Shown here: piece by piece, positions 1 to 12,079 of the stretch
Position numbering within the stretch: the first letter of the stretch is position 1
Layout of the letters: each line of letters opens with the position of its first letter
Assembly: GCA_038087875.1 (NCBI GenBank)
Contig: JAXLNO010000239.1
Coordinates: 62,001 to 126,000, forward strand
Length of the DNA: 64,000 nt
Direction of reading: 5' to 3'
Source of the DNA: Malacoraja senta
Lineage: Eukaryota
Program-made: the position numbers and the translations under genes
Notes under the pieces: generated by a model
The model's input: the letters and a program-made list of their open reading frames with translations, nothing else
Databases searched by the model: none
Told to the model about the DNA's origin: nothing

Positions 1-1057
1 ACCAGTATTTATCACCATCCCTATTTTTATTTTTAAGGTTAGCTGCACTCTTGAACTGATTCACTCCATATAATCCCATAATGTCATTTGAGTGGTGATC
101 ACGTTGTCTCAGTGATAAATGAAAGAAATCAAGTTCAAGTTCAAGTTCAAGTTCAAATTCAAATTCAAAGAAATGCTATATATTTCCAAATGAATGTGTT
201 GGATGACTTGGAGTGAACATGAACATGGTTCCATGTACCAGTACTGACCAATGAGCAGTAGCTCCGGCTAAAATGATAGTTGGTTGGGTAGATCTTCTGG
301 AGAAGCCTGAGTGAGTTGGTACCATGCATTATTTTTAACAGGACATACTGATCCCACTGTGGGCCAGCGACGGATAAAATTAATGATCAAGACAGCGGAA
401 GAGAAGTCAACCAAGTGGATAGTTTTGTACTGGACAGTGCTGAAGCTCTGTGTTAGCTTCTTAGATGGAAAATCTTTGGGGAATTAGAATACCAAACTCT
501 GACCTGTTCTTGTTGAAACAATATTTTTATGATCAACAAGGACTTCTTCCCTCCCTTCAAACACTGTTGGCGTTAATAACACAACTGCCGATATTTGTTC
601 CAAGGAGGGTCGCGGCATTCAATTCTATCGTGCTGGATCTAAAAAGTCAGCTATTCCTTTTCTCCAGTGATGTTGCCTGACCCGCTGAGTCACTCCAGCT
701 TTTTGTGTCCAGCTTCGATTCAAACCAGCATCTGCAGTTCCTTTGTGTAAGAAAGAACTGCGGATGCTGGTTTAAATCGAAGGTAGACACAAAATGCTGG
801 AGTAACTCAGCGGGTGAGGCAGGCATCAGAGCTCAGTCTGAAGAAGCGTCTCGACCCGAAACGTGGCCCATTCCTTCTCTCCAGAGATGCGGCCTCACCC
901 GCCGAATTACTCCAGGATTTTTTGTCTATCCGCAGTTCCTTCCTGCACAAGCTAAAGGGAGATATAGTTAAAGGTTGCAATTGGATGAGAGGCTTGAGAA
1001 ATCGTGTGTTCCGATTGTTATAAGTCTTATTTAACGGATGCATTTATATTAGTGGAA

Positions 1058-1424
1058 CGTCTTAAGGGGTTGGACAGGCTAGATGCAGGAAGATTATTCC
1101 CGATGTTGGGGAAGTCCAGAACTAGGGGTCACAGTTTAAGGATAAGAGGGAAGACTTTTAGGACCGAGATGAGGAAATCGTTTTTTACACAGACTGGTGA
1201 ATCTGTGGAATTCTCTGCCACAGAAGGTAGTTGAGGCCAGTTCATTGGCTATATTTAAGAGGGAGTTAGATGTGGCCCTTGTGGCTAAAGGGATCAGGGG
1301 GTATGGAGAGAAGGCAGGGATGGGATACTGAGTTGGATGATCAGCCATGATCATATCAAATGGCGGTGCAGGCTCGAAGGGCCGAATGGCCTACTCCTGC
1401 ACCTATTTTCTATGTTTCTATGTT
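1058..1424 (+). mobile_element. CR1-type LINE 3' fragment
   Basis: KGLDRLDAGRLFP...TRGHSLRI (RT C-terminus), 3' UTR hairpin and (ttctatgt)n tail. Confidence 0.88.
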
Positions 1425-3318
1425 TACTTGAAGGACATGCGAAATTCCTACTCCCTAGCCACCGTTTGGTTGTTGTACATAATTTCTGACCACCAATCCC
1501 AAGTCTTTGATAATATGTAAGTGATATCCATTTCTTTCCCTTATCAGATTATATGCAGGCAGGCCAATTGTCCAAAAGTTTTGAAATGTAGAACTGGTGC
1601 ACTACAGACATCCAGATAAGACCCGTTGCATAAAATGAAACCAATAAAATGGAAAATGCCAAAATGCTGGAAATCAATAATGGTATCAGCGACGTGCGAC
1701 CAAGAGATACCCAAAGAGAAGGAAAATGTGTGTTTACAACTTTTTTTTTACAGATGCTGACTGCCGCTTTGCATTGCCAGCATTTTCCTCTTTTTTAAAA
1801 ATCATATGTAATTCGTCGTTGGATGTAATTCGTCGTTTAGTTTACTTTAAATATCCCACTTTCAAAACAACACGTTTGTTTTGCGACCGGCGGTTATTCA
1901 AATGCATCAACATCAACAAAAGCAATATTCTCGGAGTCAACCTTTGTAGGGCAAACCGACCCTCAGGAGAAAAGGGGAAGCGCGTCAGAGCCGTCAGTGT
2001 GTAAAACTGTTGGGAACAGCACTGAGCGGATCAGAAGCGTGAGACTGGGACGTGCGAGCATTAGCTCCGGCAGGTGATTCAATCGAATAAGCAGCCACAA
2101 CGCTGCCTCATGGCTCTGCGCTGGGCTCCTCCACTGCTCCTCACCCTGGCTCTCCATCAAGGCAAGGAAGCGACTGTCTCTTTACTTTAGGAATACTGGT
2201 CATTTAAAATATCCGTCTGCGTGTGATGTTCACGTTGAGAAGTTTGGCTGTTAAGTGAATGATTGTGTACACTTTGACTGTAGTCGTACTGTAAAAGGTA
2301 AATAAAGCAGCGGCGTGCAGAAGAACAGCGCTCGGCCGTGTATCACGGTCCGTCGGCAATTGTTGCTCTGGAGTTTGGAAAGTTGAGTGAACATTTGGAG
2401 GAGTGGTGATGTTTAATTTTAGTCAACTTACTGTAGATTGCAACCAGGTCATTTCTGACTATTTCTGACAGACCTTTACTATTTCTCAAATGCACACGGA
2501 GTGCTGGAGTAAATCAGCGGGTCAGGCAGCAGCTCCGGAGAACATGGATAGATGACATTTCGTGTCGGAACCCTTCTTCAGATCCTTCTTCAGACTGATG
2601 AAGGGGCTCGACCCGAAACATCACCATCTACATTCTCCAGAGAAGCTGTCTGACCCGCTGAATTTCTCAAAGCACTTTGTGTCCTTTTCTGAATTAAGCG
2701 GCATATGCAGTATTTTGTTTCTGAACTTGTTCTTGCTATTTCTCTCTACTTTCAACTGTTTCTCCTCTGATCGCTGCCCCCAGGCGCTCTTCCATGTGGC
2801 ATGGTCCCGAAAGTCACGTAAACCTGAGCATTTTTGGCATTTAAATAAAATACTGCTCAGCACTGGAAATGTTCCATATTCTTGCATTTCTTTTCGTGAA
2901 ACCGCCTGCGCGCACAGTACAGGGTGCTCCTCCAATGTTGCTCTTGGTTTGTCTGGTGGGTCATGTACAATATATCCGTCTAAAAGGTAGAATTGGAAGC
3001 TGGGGAAATAACAGGAAATCATCCTCGGTGCTTATAAATGCAGAATGAACGATTGGAAATCAGATGTGCTAACATAGGTAATAGCAGTAATGGGATATCC
3101 GTTCGAAGTCTTGCTGTAAAAGTGGCTTTGATTGTAACGCCGTCCGTGTGGGCTGAGCTGGTAGGTTTAGTTGTAGGTTAGCCCTCAGGGGAGAACGTGA
3201 ATTTGAATTTAGTTTGAATGGTAAATTCCTTACAGCCAATTCATTGAGGTTGCAGGCGCTTTATGTTCGCGAGCGCCAATCGTAATGCGAGGTTGGGATC
3301 GCGTTTGAAGATCCCGCC
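1264..3318 (+). repeat. Segmental duplication copy A (~2.05 kb, includes putative promoter and exon 1)
   Basis: Near-identical to 4125-6183 from agttagatgtggcc to gaagatcccgcc, with scattered substitutions and small indels. Confidence 0.95.
2110..2161 (+). CDS. kit: KIT-like RTK putative exon 1 (signal peptide), copy A
   Basis: ATG at 2110 gives MALRWAPPLLLTLALHQ+g, a hydrophobic leader. It ends AAG|GCAAGG (GC donor) in phase 1, matching exon 2 (g+gt=Gly). Confidence 0.7.
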
Positions 3319-3517
3319 GTCAGAGTTTACAGGTTGGAGTCGCTGGTTTTGCCTGCACCGTCGCTTCAGACTGTTGGAAATGTGAATTTAAACGGGACAT
3401 GGAAATACGCAGTCTGAAGATGGGTCTCGACCCGAAACGTCACCCATTCCTTCTCTCCAGAGATGCTGCCTGTCCCGCTGAGTTACTCCAGCTCTTTGGA
3501 AGTATCGTGGTTACTTA

Positions 3518-3838
3518 CTTAGACAATAGACAATAGACAATAGACAATAGACAATAGACAATAGGTGCAGGAGTAGGCCATTCGGCCCTTCGAGCCAGCA
3601 CCGCCATTCAATGTGATCATGGCTGATCATCCCCAATCAGTACCCCGTTCCTGCCTTCTCCCCATATCCCCTGACTCCGCTATTTTTAAGAGCCCCATCT
3701 AGCTCTCTCTTGAAAGCATCCAGAGAACCGGCCTCCACCGCCCTCTGTGGCAGAGAATTCCACAGACTCACCACTCTCTGTGAGAAAAAGTGTTTCCTCG
3801 TCTTCGTTCTAAATGGCTTACTCCTCATTCTTAAACTG
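3518..3838 (-). mobile_element. CR1-type LINE 3' fragment
   Basis: FFSQRVVSLWNSLPQ motif and (tagacaa)n tail. Confidence 0.88.
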
Positions 3839-4124
3839 CGGTCTTAAACTTAAGCCAGAGAGTGGCTGCAGAGGATGAAACAAAATAAAATTTGATATTG
3901 ATGAAACACTTTTTTTAAAAACAAATACCTGACTTTAATCTGCCCACTTTTGATAATGGTTCTTTTAACTGCATTCACCCCGATCTCTGGTGTTCCCGTC
4001 CCTAAACTCTACCGCACCCCCCCCCCTCACCCCCACCAGCTCTCACCCTCATCCTCTTCAGGGTTATCCTGAAGATGTATCTTTTTGACCATCTGTCTTG
4101 GAATAACCTGGTGTGCTTGATATA

Positions 4125-6183
4125 AGTTAGATGTGGCCCTTGTGGCTAAAGGGATCAGGGGGTATGGAGAGAAGGCAGGGATGGGATACTGAGTTGGATG
4201 ATCAGCCATGATCATATCAAATGGCGGTGCAGGCTCGAAGGATCGAATGGCCTACTCCTGCACCTATTTTCTATGTTTCTATGTTTACTTGAAGGACATG
4301 CGAAATTCCTACTCCCTAGCCACCGTTTGATTGTTGTACATAATTTCTGACCACCAATCCCAAGTCTTTGATAATATGTAAGTGATATCCATTTCTTTCC
4401 CTTATCAGATTATATGCAGACAGGCCAATTGTCCAAACGTTTTGAAATGTAGAACTGGTGCACTACAGACATCCCGATAAGACCCGTTGCATAAAATGAA
4501 ACCAATAAAATGGAAAATGCCAAAATGCTGGAAATCAATAATGGTATCAGCGACGTGCGACCAAGAGATATCCAAAGAGAAGGAATATGTGTGTTTACAA
4601 CTTTTTTTTTACAGATGCTGACTGCCGCTTTGCATTGCCAGCATTTTCCTCTTTTTTTTAAATCATATGTAATTCGTCGTTGGATGTAATTCGTCGTTTA
4701 GTTTACTTTAAATATCCCACTTTCAAAACAACACGTTTGTTTTGCGACCGGCGGTTATTCAAATGCGTCAACATCAACAAAAGCAATATTCTCGGAGTCA
4801 ACCTTTGTAGGGCAAACCGACCCTCAGGAGAAAAGGGGAAGCGCGTCAGAGCCGTCAGTGTGTAAAACTGTTGGGAACAGCACTGAGCGGATCAGAAGCG
4901 AGAGACTGGGACGTGCGAGCATTAGCTCCGGCAGGTGATTCAATCGAATAAGCAGCCACAACGCTGCCTCATGGCTCTGCACTGGGCTCCTCCACTGCTC
5001 CTCACCCTGGCTCTCCATCAAGGCAAGGAAGCGACTGTCTCTTTACTTTAGGAATACTGGTCATTTAAAATATCCGTCTGCGTGTGATGTTCACGTTGAG
5101 AAGTTTGGCTGTTAAGTGAATGATTGTGTACACTTTGACTGTAGTCGTACTGTAAAAGGTAAATAAAGCAGCGGCGTGCAGAAGAACAGCGCTCGGCCGT
5201 GTATCACGGTCCGTCGGCAATTGTTGCTCTGGAGTTTGGAAAGTTGAGTGAACATTTGGAGGAGTGGTGATGTTTACTTTTAGTCAACTTACTGTAGATT
5301 GATTGCAACCAGGTCATTTCTGACTATTTCTGACAGACCTTTACTATTTCTCAAAAGCACACGGAGTGCTGGAGTAAATCAGCGGGTCAGGCAGCAGCTC
5401 CGGAGAACATGGATAGACGACATTTCGTGTCGGAACCCTTCTTCAGATCCTTCTTCAGACTGATGAAGGGGCTCGACCCGAAACATCACCATCTACATTC
5501 TCCAGAGATGCTGTCTGACCCGCTGAATTTCTCAAAGCACTTTGTGTCCTTTTCTGAATTAACCGGCATATGCAGTATTTTGTTTCTAAACTTTTTCTTG
5601 CTATCTCTCTCTACTTTCAACTGGTTCTCCTCTGATCGCTGCCCCCAGGCGCTCTTCCATGTGGCATGGTCCCGAAAGGCACGTAAACCTGAGCATTTTT
5701 GGCATTTAAATAAAATACTGCTCAGCACTGGAAATATTCCATATTCTTGCATTTCTTTTCGTGAAACCGCCTGCGTGCACAGTACAGGGTGCTCCTCCAA
5801 TGTTGCTCTTGGTTTGTCTGGTGGGTCATGTACAATATATCCGTCTAAAAGGTAGAATTGGAAGCTGGGGAAATAACAGGAAATCATCCTCTGTGCTTAT
5901 AAATGCAGAATGAACGATTGGAAATCAGATGTGCTAACATAGATAATAGCAGTAATGGGATATCCGTTCGAAGTCTTGCTGTAAAAGTCGCTTTGATTGT
6001 AGCGCGGTCCGTGTGGGCTGAGCTGGTAGGTTTAGTTGGAGGTTAGCCCTCTGGGGAGAACGTGAATTTGAATTTAGTTTGAGTGGTAAATTCCTTACAG
6101 CCAATTCATTGAGTTTGCAGGCGCTTTATGTTCGCGAGCGCCAATCGTAATGCGAGGTTTGGATCGCGTTTGAAGATCCCGCC
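4125..6183 (+). repeat. Segmental duplication copy B
   Basis: Direct repeat of 1264-3318, offset ~2861 bp. Confidence 0.95.
4971..5022 (+). CDS. kit: KIT-like RTK putative exon 1 (signal peptide), copy B
   Basis: Duplicate of 2110-2161, MALHWAPPLLLTLALHQ+g, with the same AG|GCAAGG donor. Confidence 0.7.
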
Positions 6184-8470
6184 AAACAGAATGTTGCTGA
6201 TGGGTGTTTTGGTGATGGTTGCAACATTGAATGCCTGAATGTTGTTCAGGTGTTGTGCCATGTGGTCACAGATCATGTCATGATCCAAGGTGCCACAAAT
6301 GAAGATGAAACACTGAAATCCTTAGTGTGAAACATCTCCAAACCTAAAATAATAGCATAAAATTGTGAGGATATTCGGCAGTTCATTGAGACCTGTGCAG
6401 AGATAGTTAAAATCAATGTTTGTTGTCAGTAACTTAGTATCTCCATGTCTTACATGAACCAAGTCTAGATAGGTTGCTGACCTGTAAAACGTTCAGAATG
6501 ACATCTTGTGACTGAGATAATTGGCCTCCAATAATCAAACCATCTTTTTGTTTGTGGACTATAAACATAGGAGCAGGATTAGACCATTCGGCCAATTGAG
6601 TTTTCTCTGACATTCAATCATGGCTGATCTGTTTTTCTCTCTCAACCCCATTCTCCTCCCATCTCTCCATATAGTAACCATTACACCTTTACTAATCAAG
6701 AACCTATAAATCTCCATTCACCGCCATCTGTGGCAAAGTATTCCACAGATTCACCACCTTCTGGCTAAAGGAATTCCTCCTCACCTCCATTCTAAAGGTA
6801 TATCCTTTTATTCTAACGCTGTGCCCTCTGGTCTTAGACTCCCCCACTACTGTAAACATCCTGTTTCTGGCTGTGTTTCATTCCATTCAGTAACACGTTT
6901 CTTCTAACTGCAACTAATTTTAGTTTTGCTGGCAGTTCATGTTGCCACTCGAAGACAAATGCTTCCTTGTTAATAATGTTTATGGACATATTCTGTTTTT
7001 CACTTCTGATTTACAGCAACTGTAATAGTTTCATTGGGTACAGTGGATAAGATCACTCCATCAGTTGGGGTACAATTTAATTACATTGATGGAATGAAAG
7101 CCTAGTTTCTAATTACTGCAGGGAGATGAAAAAATACTTTAGGCCACCGCAGTCATGCTGTATAGTATCTAAAGTACCAATTTAACTCACAAAATGAAGA
7201 AGAAGAGTCTGTACCCGAAATGCCTCATATTCTTATTCTCCAGAGATGTTGCCTGACCCGCTGAGTTACTCTATGTTTTGTGTCTAACCCAGTTTAAAAC
7301 AGCATCTGCAGTTCCTACCTTCACAAAGTATAGAAATACATTCCATTCAGCATTCCATTAACATAGGAAATTAAAGGGAGACCTTGTGCATAAGTTCAAA
7401 ATGACAACATTTAAAAAGGCACAGACTTTTTCCCATTGACCGGTTGTTTGGTGACAAATTGCTAGAAATTTAAGAATGTGGATGTGGATGATATTCTTTC
7501 AATGAGAAGTTCAGAATGTGGAATACTTATCACAATAACCATTGAAGGGAAATTATTCACAATATTTGCCTGTAAATAAAATAAACAATTAAAGAAGAAA
7601 ATCTTTCATGAATAGGACAAAAAAAAAAGAGAAATAAATTGCGGTGGATTGGTCCTGCAGTGGAGAAACCTTGTTGTGGACATATCTTCTTTTGCACTGA
7701 AATTTCTGCCATTTTTCATCATGAACATCCAGCTCTTCAAAAAGCACATGTATTCCTGTACCCGTTAGAAAACCCACTCAACTTTTTTCTTGTGTCATGC
7801 TCTCAGATATGTTCCTTTTTGGGGAGCAAAAGTCCAAGACCTCAGATGTGGAGTTCAGTTCTTCCAATGTGGACACATAAGAAAATAAATAGCTTGATTA
7901 GGCCCTTTGACCTTATTCCTTTTAACTCAACTTTTGTATCCAGGATTGCTTGAGACAACATCATTCTCTATAAATCATTTCATTAGTATGAGTGGCACAG
8001 TGATGCAGCTTTTAGAGATGCTGCCTCACACCTCCAATGACCAGGGTTCAGTCCTGACCTCTGGCACTGTCCGTGCATGGTTTTGCACAATCTCCCTGTG
8101 ACTGTTTGGATTTCCTCTGAGTGCTTTGAGTGCTCCTGCAGTAGAAAGGTGTGTGGATAGCAGGCTGATTGACCACTGCAAATTGCCCCTGTTGAAGGTA
8201 TATGGTAGTTTCTGGGAATAATGATGGGACTGTTGGGAGAATGAATGGGAATTGTGTAGGATTGATGGAAGTAAATTCAAAATAATTGGTATGGTCCTGA
8301 TCAGCCTGTTTCCATGCTGTGGGTCTTTATGATCTATAATATTGTATAACAGAAGACATACGGAAAATATTCTGCAGGTCTTCACGAATAACAATAAGGT
8401 ATGAGGCATGGCCCTGATTTAGAGGAGCAATGAAGCAGCAGAAAAAGGTGGCATTAGAAATTGTGGATAA

Positions 8471-8765
8471 AGGCCCTGTCCCACTATGCGAGTTTACCCA
8501 AGAGCTCTCCCGAGTTAAAAAAATAATCAAACTCATGGTAAGTGCGTAGAATGTACGTAGCGGGTACGTCGGAGCTCGTGGATGTCTCATAGCGGCTCGT
8601 AATGCTAACGACAGGTGCTCGGGAAACGCGGAAACTCGTGAAATTTTTTCAACAGTGTGAAAAATTTCCAAGAGTAAAAAAATACTCATGATGAAGTACC
8701 ACGAGTTTGATTTTTTTTAAACTCGGGAGAGCTCTTGGGTAAACTCGCATCGTGGGACAGGGGCT
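8471..8765. mobile_element. PIF/Harbinger-type MITE
   Basis: Long TIRs starting AGGCCCTGTCCCAC and ending GTGGGACAGGGGCT, with TAA on both sides. Confidence 0.85.
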
Positions 8766-8801
8766 TAAGTATGTTACAGTTTTGTTTTACTTGGTAGCCA
8801 G

Positions 8802-9500
8802 GAGTGGTACAGTGGTGCAGCGGTTGAGTTGCTGCCATATGATGCCAGAGACCCGGGTTCGATCCTGACTACGGGTGCTGTTTGTACAGAGTTTGGACGT
8901 TCTCCATGTCATAAGAAATAGTGGAATTATGCCATTCTACCCTGCCATTCAATCATGGCTAATCTATCGCTCCCTCTGGGCCCCATTCTCCTGCCTTCTC
9001 CCCATAACCTGTACTAATCAGGAATCTATCTATTTGCCTTAAAAATATCAACTGACGGTCTCCACAGACTTCTGTGGCAAAGAATTCCACAGATTCACCA
9101 CCCTCTGACTAAAGAAACTCCTCATCATCTCCTTCCTAAAACAATGTCCTTTAATACTGAGGCTATGACCTCTAGTCCTAGACTCTCCCACTAGTGGAAA
9201 CATCCTCTCCAAATCCACTCTATCCAAACCTTTCACTATGCTGTATGTTTCAATGAGCTCCCCCCTCATTCTTCTAAACTCCAGCGAGTACAGGCCCAAT
9301 GCCGACAAATGCTCTGTGGCCACAAAGGTTTTTGTCAGCTGCTCCAGTTTCCTCCCACATTCCAAAGACATGCAGTTTTGTAGGTTAATTGGATTCTGTA
9401 AATTAATAATATAGAACTGGTGCACGGATGATTGGTGGTCGGCATGGACTCAGTTGGCTGAAGGGACTGTTTCCACACTGCATCTCTAAAATTAAAACTA
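8802..9500. mobile_element. tRNA-derived SINE (+) interrupted by a CR1 3' fragment (-, ~8910-9315)
   Basis: A box (tggtgcagcgg) and B box (ggttcgatcc) SINE head. ORF 9048-9425 encodes the CR1 RT C-terminus. Confidence 0.75.
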
Positions 9501-10334
9501 AAATGCTACTGTACACCAGCTAGGCAAGGGGATAGTGTTAATGTGCATGGCAAGGTCGGCTGAAGGACCTATTTCCATGCTGTATCCCTAAACTAAACTA
9601 AAATGCAGTATGTTTGATGATTAGCTGTAATTGAACATTTACCTTTTACCTAGGGAGAAGGTGGAGTATTGGCATGGGTGCTGTGGTTTTTATCGTGTAA
9701 AAAATTCTGGCCTTGATCATAATGTTCGATGTAAGAAATTCTGCTTCAGTCACGTTTCAATTTCAGTCAGGCAGACTGACCACACAAAGGGGACAATGGA
9801 ATGAAATACTTTGTTTATAATCAGCAAACATGTTAAGGGAACATTCAGTAAATATTGTCAGACTGAAGTACTGGATTTAATTTATTGAAACAATAGTTTT
9901 ATCAAAGCCTTGGATTTATCAGAAGGAAAGGTTTACCGAGTGATTTGTTTGAAATGTATATAGAGTAATTCCTGGCTGACAATGGCGCTCTCTGCCTTTC
10001 ACAGATTTGGTATCTGACTATTTGTGGAGAATTAGCTTATACAGAATACAATTTCAACAAAATCTGGTGAGGTACTTTGCAGGCCACAAGTGTGTAAAGG
10101 ACACTTGCGGATAGGCTGCCTGTAACTTTCTGATGCGCACTTGCATTAAGTGATAGCTATCTCAGTGAAAATATTTTTTTTAAGTAGAAATTGATCGAAT
10201 GCGTAAAGCATTAAGTAATTCCTGCACATGACAGAAATTGCATGGAATTTCTGAGCTTTCTGCTGCTGAGATGTTGAAACATAAGTTGTGGTGAAATATC
10301 TGCTCCTAGATGTACATGTGAAGCTGGTTCCCTA

Positions 10335-10631
10335 AATAGACAATAGACAATAGACAATAGGTGCAGTAGGCCATTCGGCCCTTCGAGCCAGCACTGCCAT
10401 TCAATGTGATCATGGCTGATCATTCCCAATCAGTACCCCGTTCCTGCCTTCTCCCCATATCCCCTGACTCGGCTATTTTTAAGAGCCCTATCTAGCTCTC
10501 TCTTGAAAGCATCCAGAGAACCTGCCTCCACCGCCCTCTGAGGCAGAGAATTCCACAGACTCACCACTCTCTGTGAGAAAAAGTGTTTCCTCGTCTCCGT
10601 TCTAAATGGCTTACTCCTTATTCTTAAACTG
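10335..10631 (-). mobile_element. CR1-type LINE 3' fragment
   Basis: Same family and tail as 3518-3838. Confidence 0.88.
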
Positions 10632-11597
10632 AGCTCATTGACAGTATGTGAAATTGTTTTACTAATACAAAATAGAAACATTAGTCGGCACAATAAACTC
10701 AAGTTGCTGGAATCTTACATAGAACACAAATCTCTCAACGTGTCAGGCAGCATCTCTGGAGAACATGGTGACATCTTGGGTTGGGATCCTTCTTCAGACT
10801 GATTGTAGTGGGGGTGGGAATGTTCTAAGGGAGTGGTGGAGGTATGACAAAGCCTGGGAAGTGATGGGTGGATACAGGTGAGGAGGATGTTTAAATGGCA
10901 TATAGGTGGGTAAAGGCTAGAGATGAAAAGGAGACAACAAGGTATAAGATAAGGAGAGGAGTGAAATGTGAAGCCAGAGTAAGGGATATATTCTGTATAA
11001 GTGAAGGGGAGAGTGGGATTGTGAAAGGAGGCACAGGATAGTGGGAGAAATGGGTGTGCACCTGGTTGGGTACAGGGAAGAGGGAGGAAAGGGTTGGATG
11101 GGGCAAGGGGTAGGTACTGTTACCTAAAATTAGCGAATTAAATGTTTATACTATCTAGCTGAAAGTAAATTGTGCTGAGAAATGTCCATTTTCATTCCAA
11201 AACATTTTCCGCTATCACCAAGATTGAGGGAAATGGAAGTAAATCAAGGATTTCGTTAAATTTCTGAGCGGGGCTTAGTTGTAATTATGCGAGGTTAAGA
11301 GGCGTCCTTCACAAAACACCTCATCCATTTGATTTTTCTGGTTTATTCCCAAAATAAATACCAGAGATGAGTTTATTCTCTGTGTGTTGCAATATTCTAA
11401 TGCTTTCTAGTCCGGGGCATCCTATTTTAAATTTCTGCACTGATTTTAAGTGAATCACCCACCAGTGCCATGCATTGTAGCTGCAGCCTCTCACCCAACA
11501 TGTGACACGTATACATTCATGTAATATGTTGAACTATCAACATGTTAACATGCAGTGATCATGTGCACATTTTTAATTTCAAAAATAAAGTTTATTC

Positions 11598-12076
11598 ACA
11601 AGGTTAATTCCCGGGATGGTGGGACTGTCATATGCTGAGAGAATGGAGCGGCTGGGCTTGTATACTCTGGAGATTAGAAGGATGAGAGGGCATCTTATTG
11701 AAACATATAAGATTATTAAGGGTTTGGACACGCTAGAGGCAGGAAACATGTTCCCAATGTTGGGGGAGTCCAGAACCAGGGGCCACAGTTTAAGAATAAG
11801 GGGTAAGCCATTTAGAATGGAGACGAGGAAACACTTTTTCTCACAGAGAGTTGTGAGTGTGTGGAACTCGCTGCCTCAGAGGGCAATGGAGGATGGTTCT
11901 CTGGATACTTTCAAGAGAGAGTAGATAGAGCTCTTAAAGATAGCAGAGTCAGGGGATACGGGGAGAAGGCAGGAACGGGGTACTGATTGGGGATGATCAG
12001 CTATGATCACATTGAATTGCGGTGCTGGCTCGAAGGGTCTAATGGCCTGCTCCGGCACCTATTGTCTATTGTCTAT
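11598..12076 (+). mobile_element. CR1-type LINE 3' fragment
   Basis: GLSYAERMERLGLYTLE...WNSLPQ and (attgtct)n tail. Confidence 0.88.
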
Positions 12077-12079
12077 TAA

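Noticed and set aside
1726..3022. Duplicated ORFs (92, 65, 142 and 133 aa) as paralogous small genes
   Set aside because: Their conservation only reflects the recent duplication. They have no domains and partly overlap repeats.
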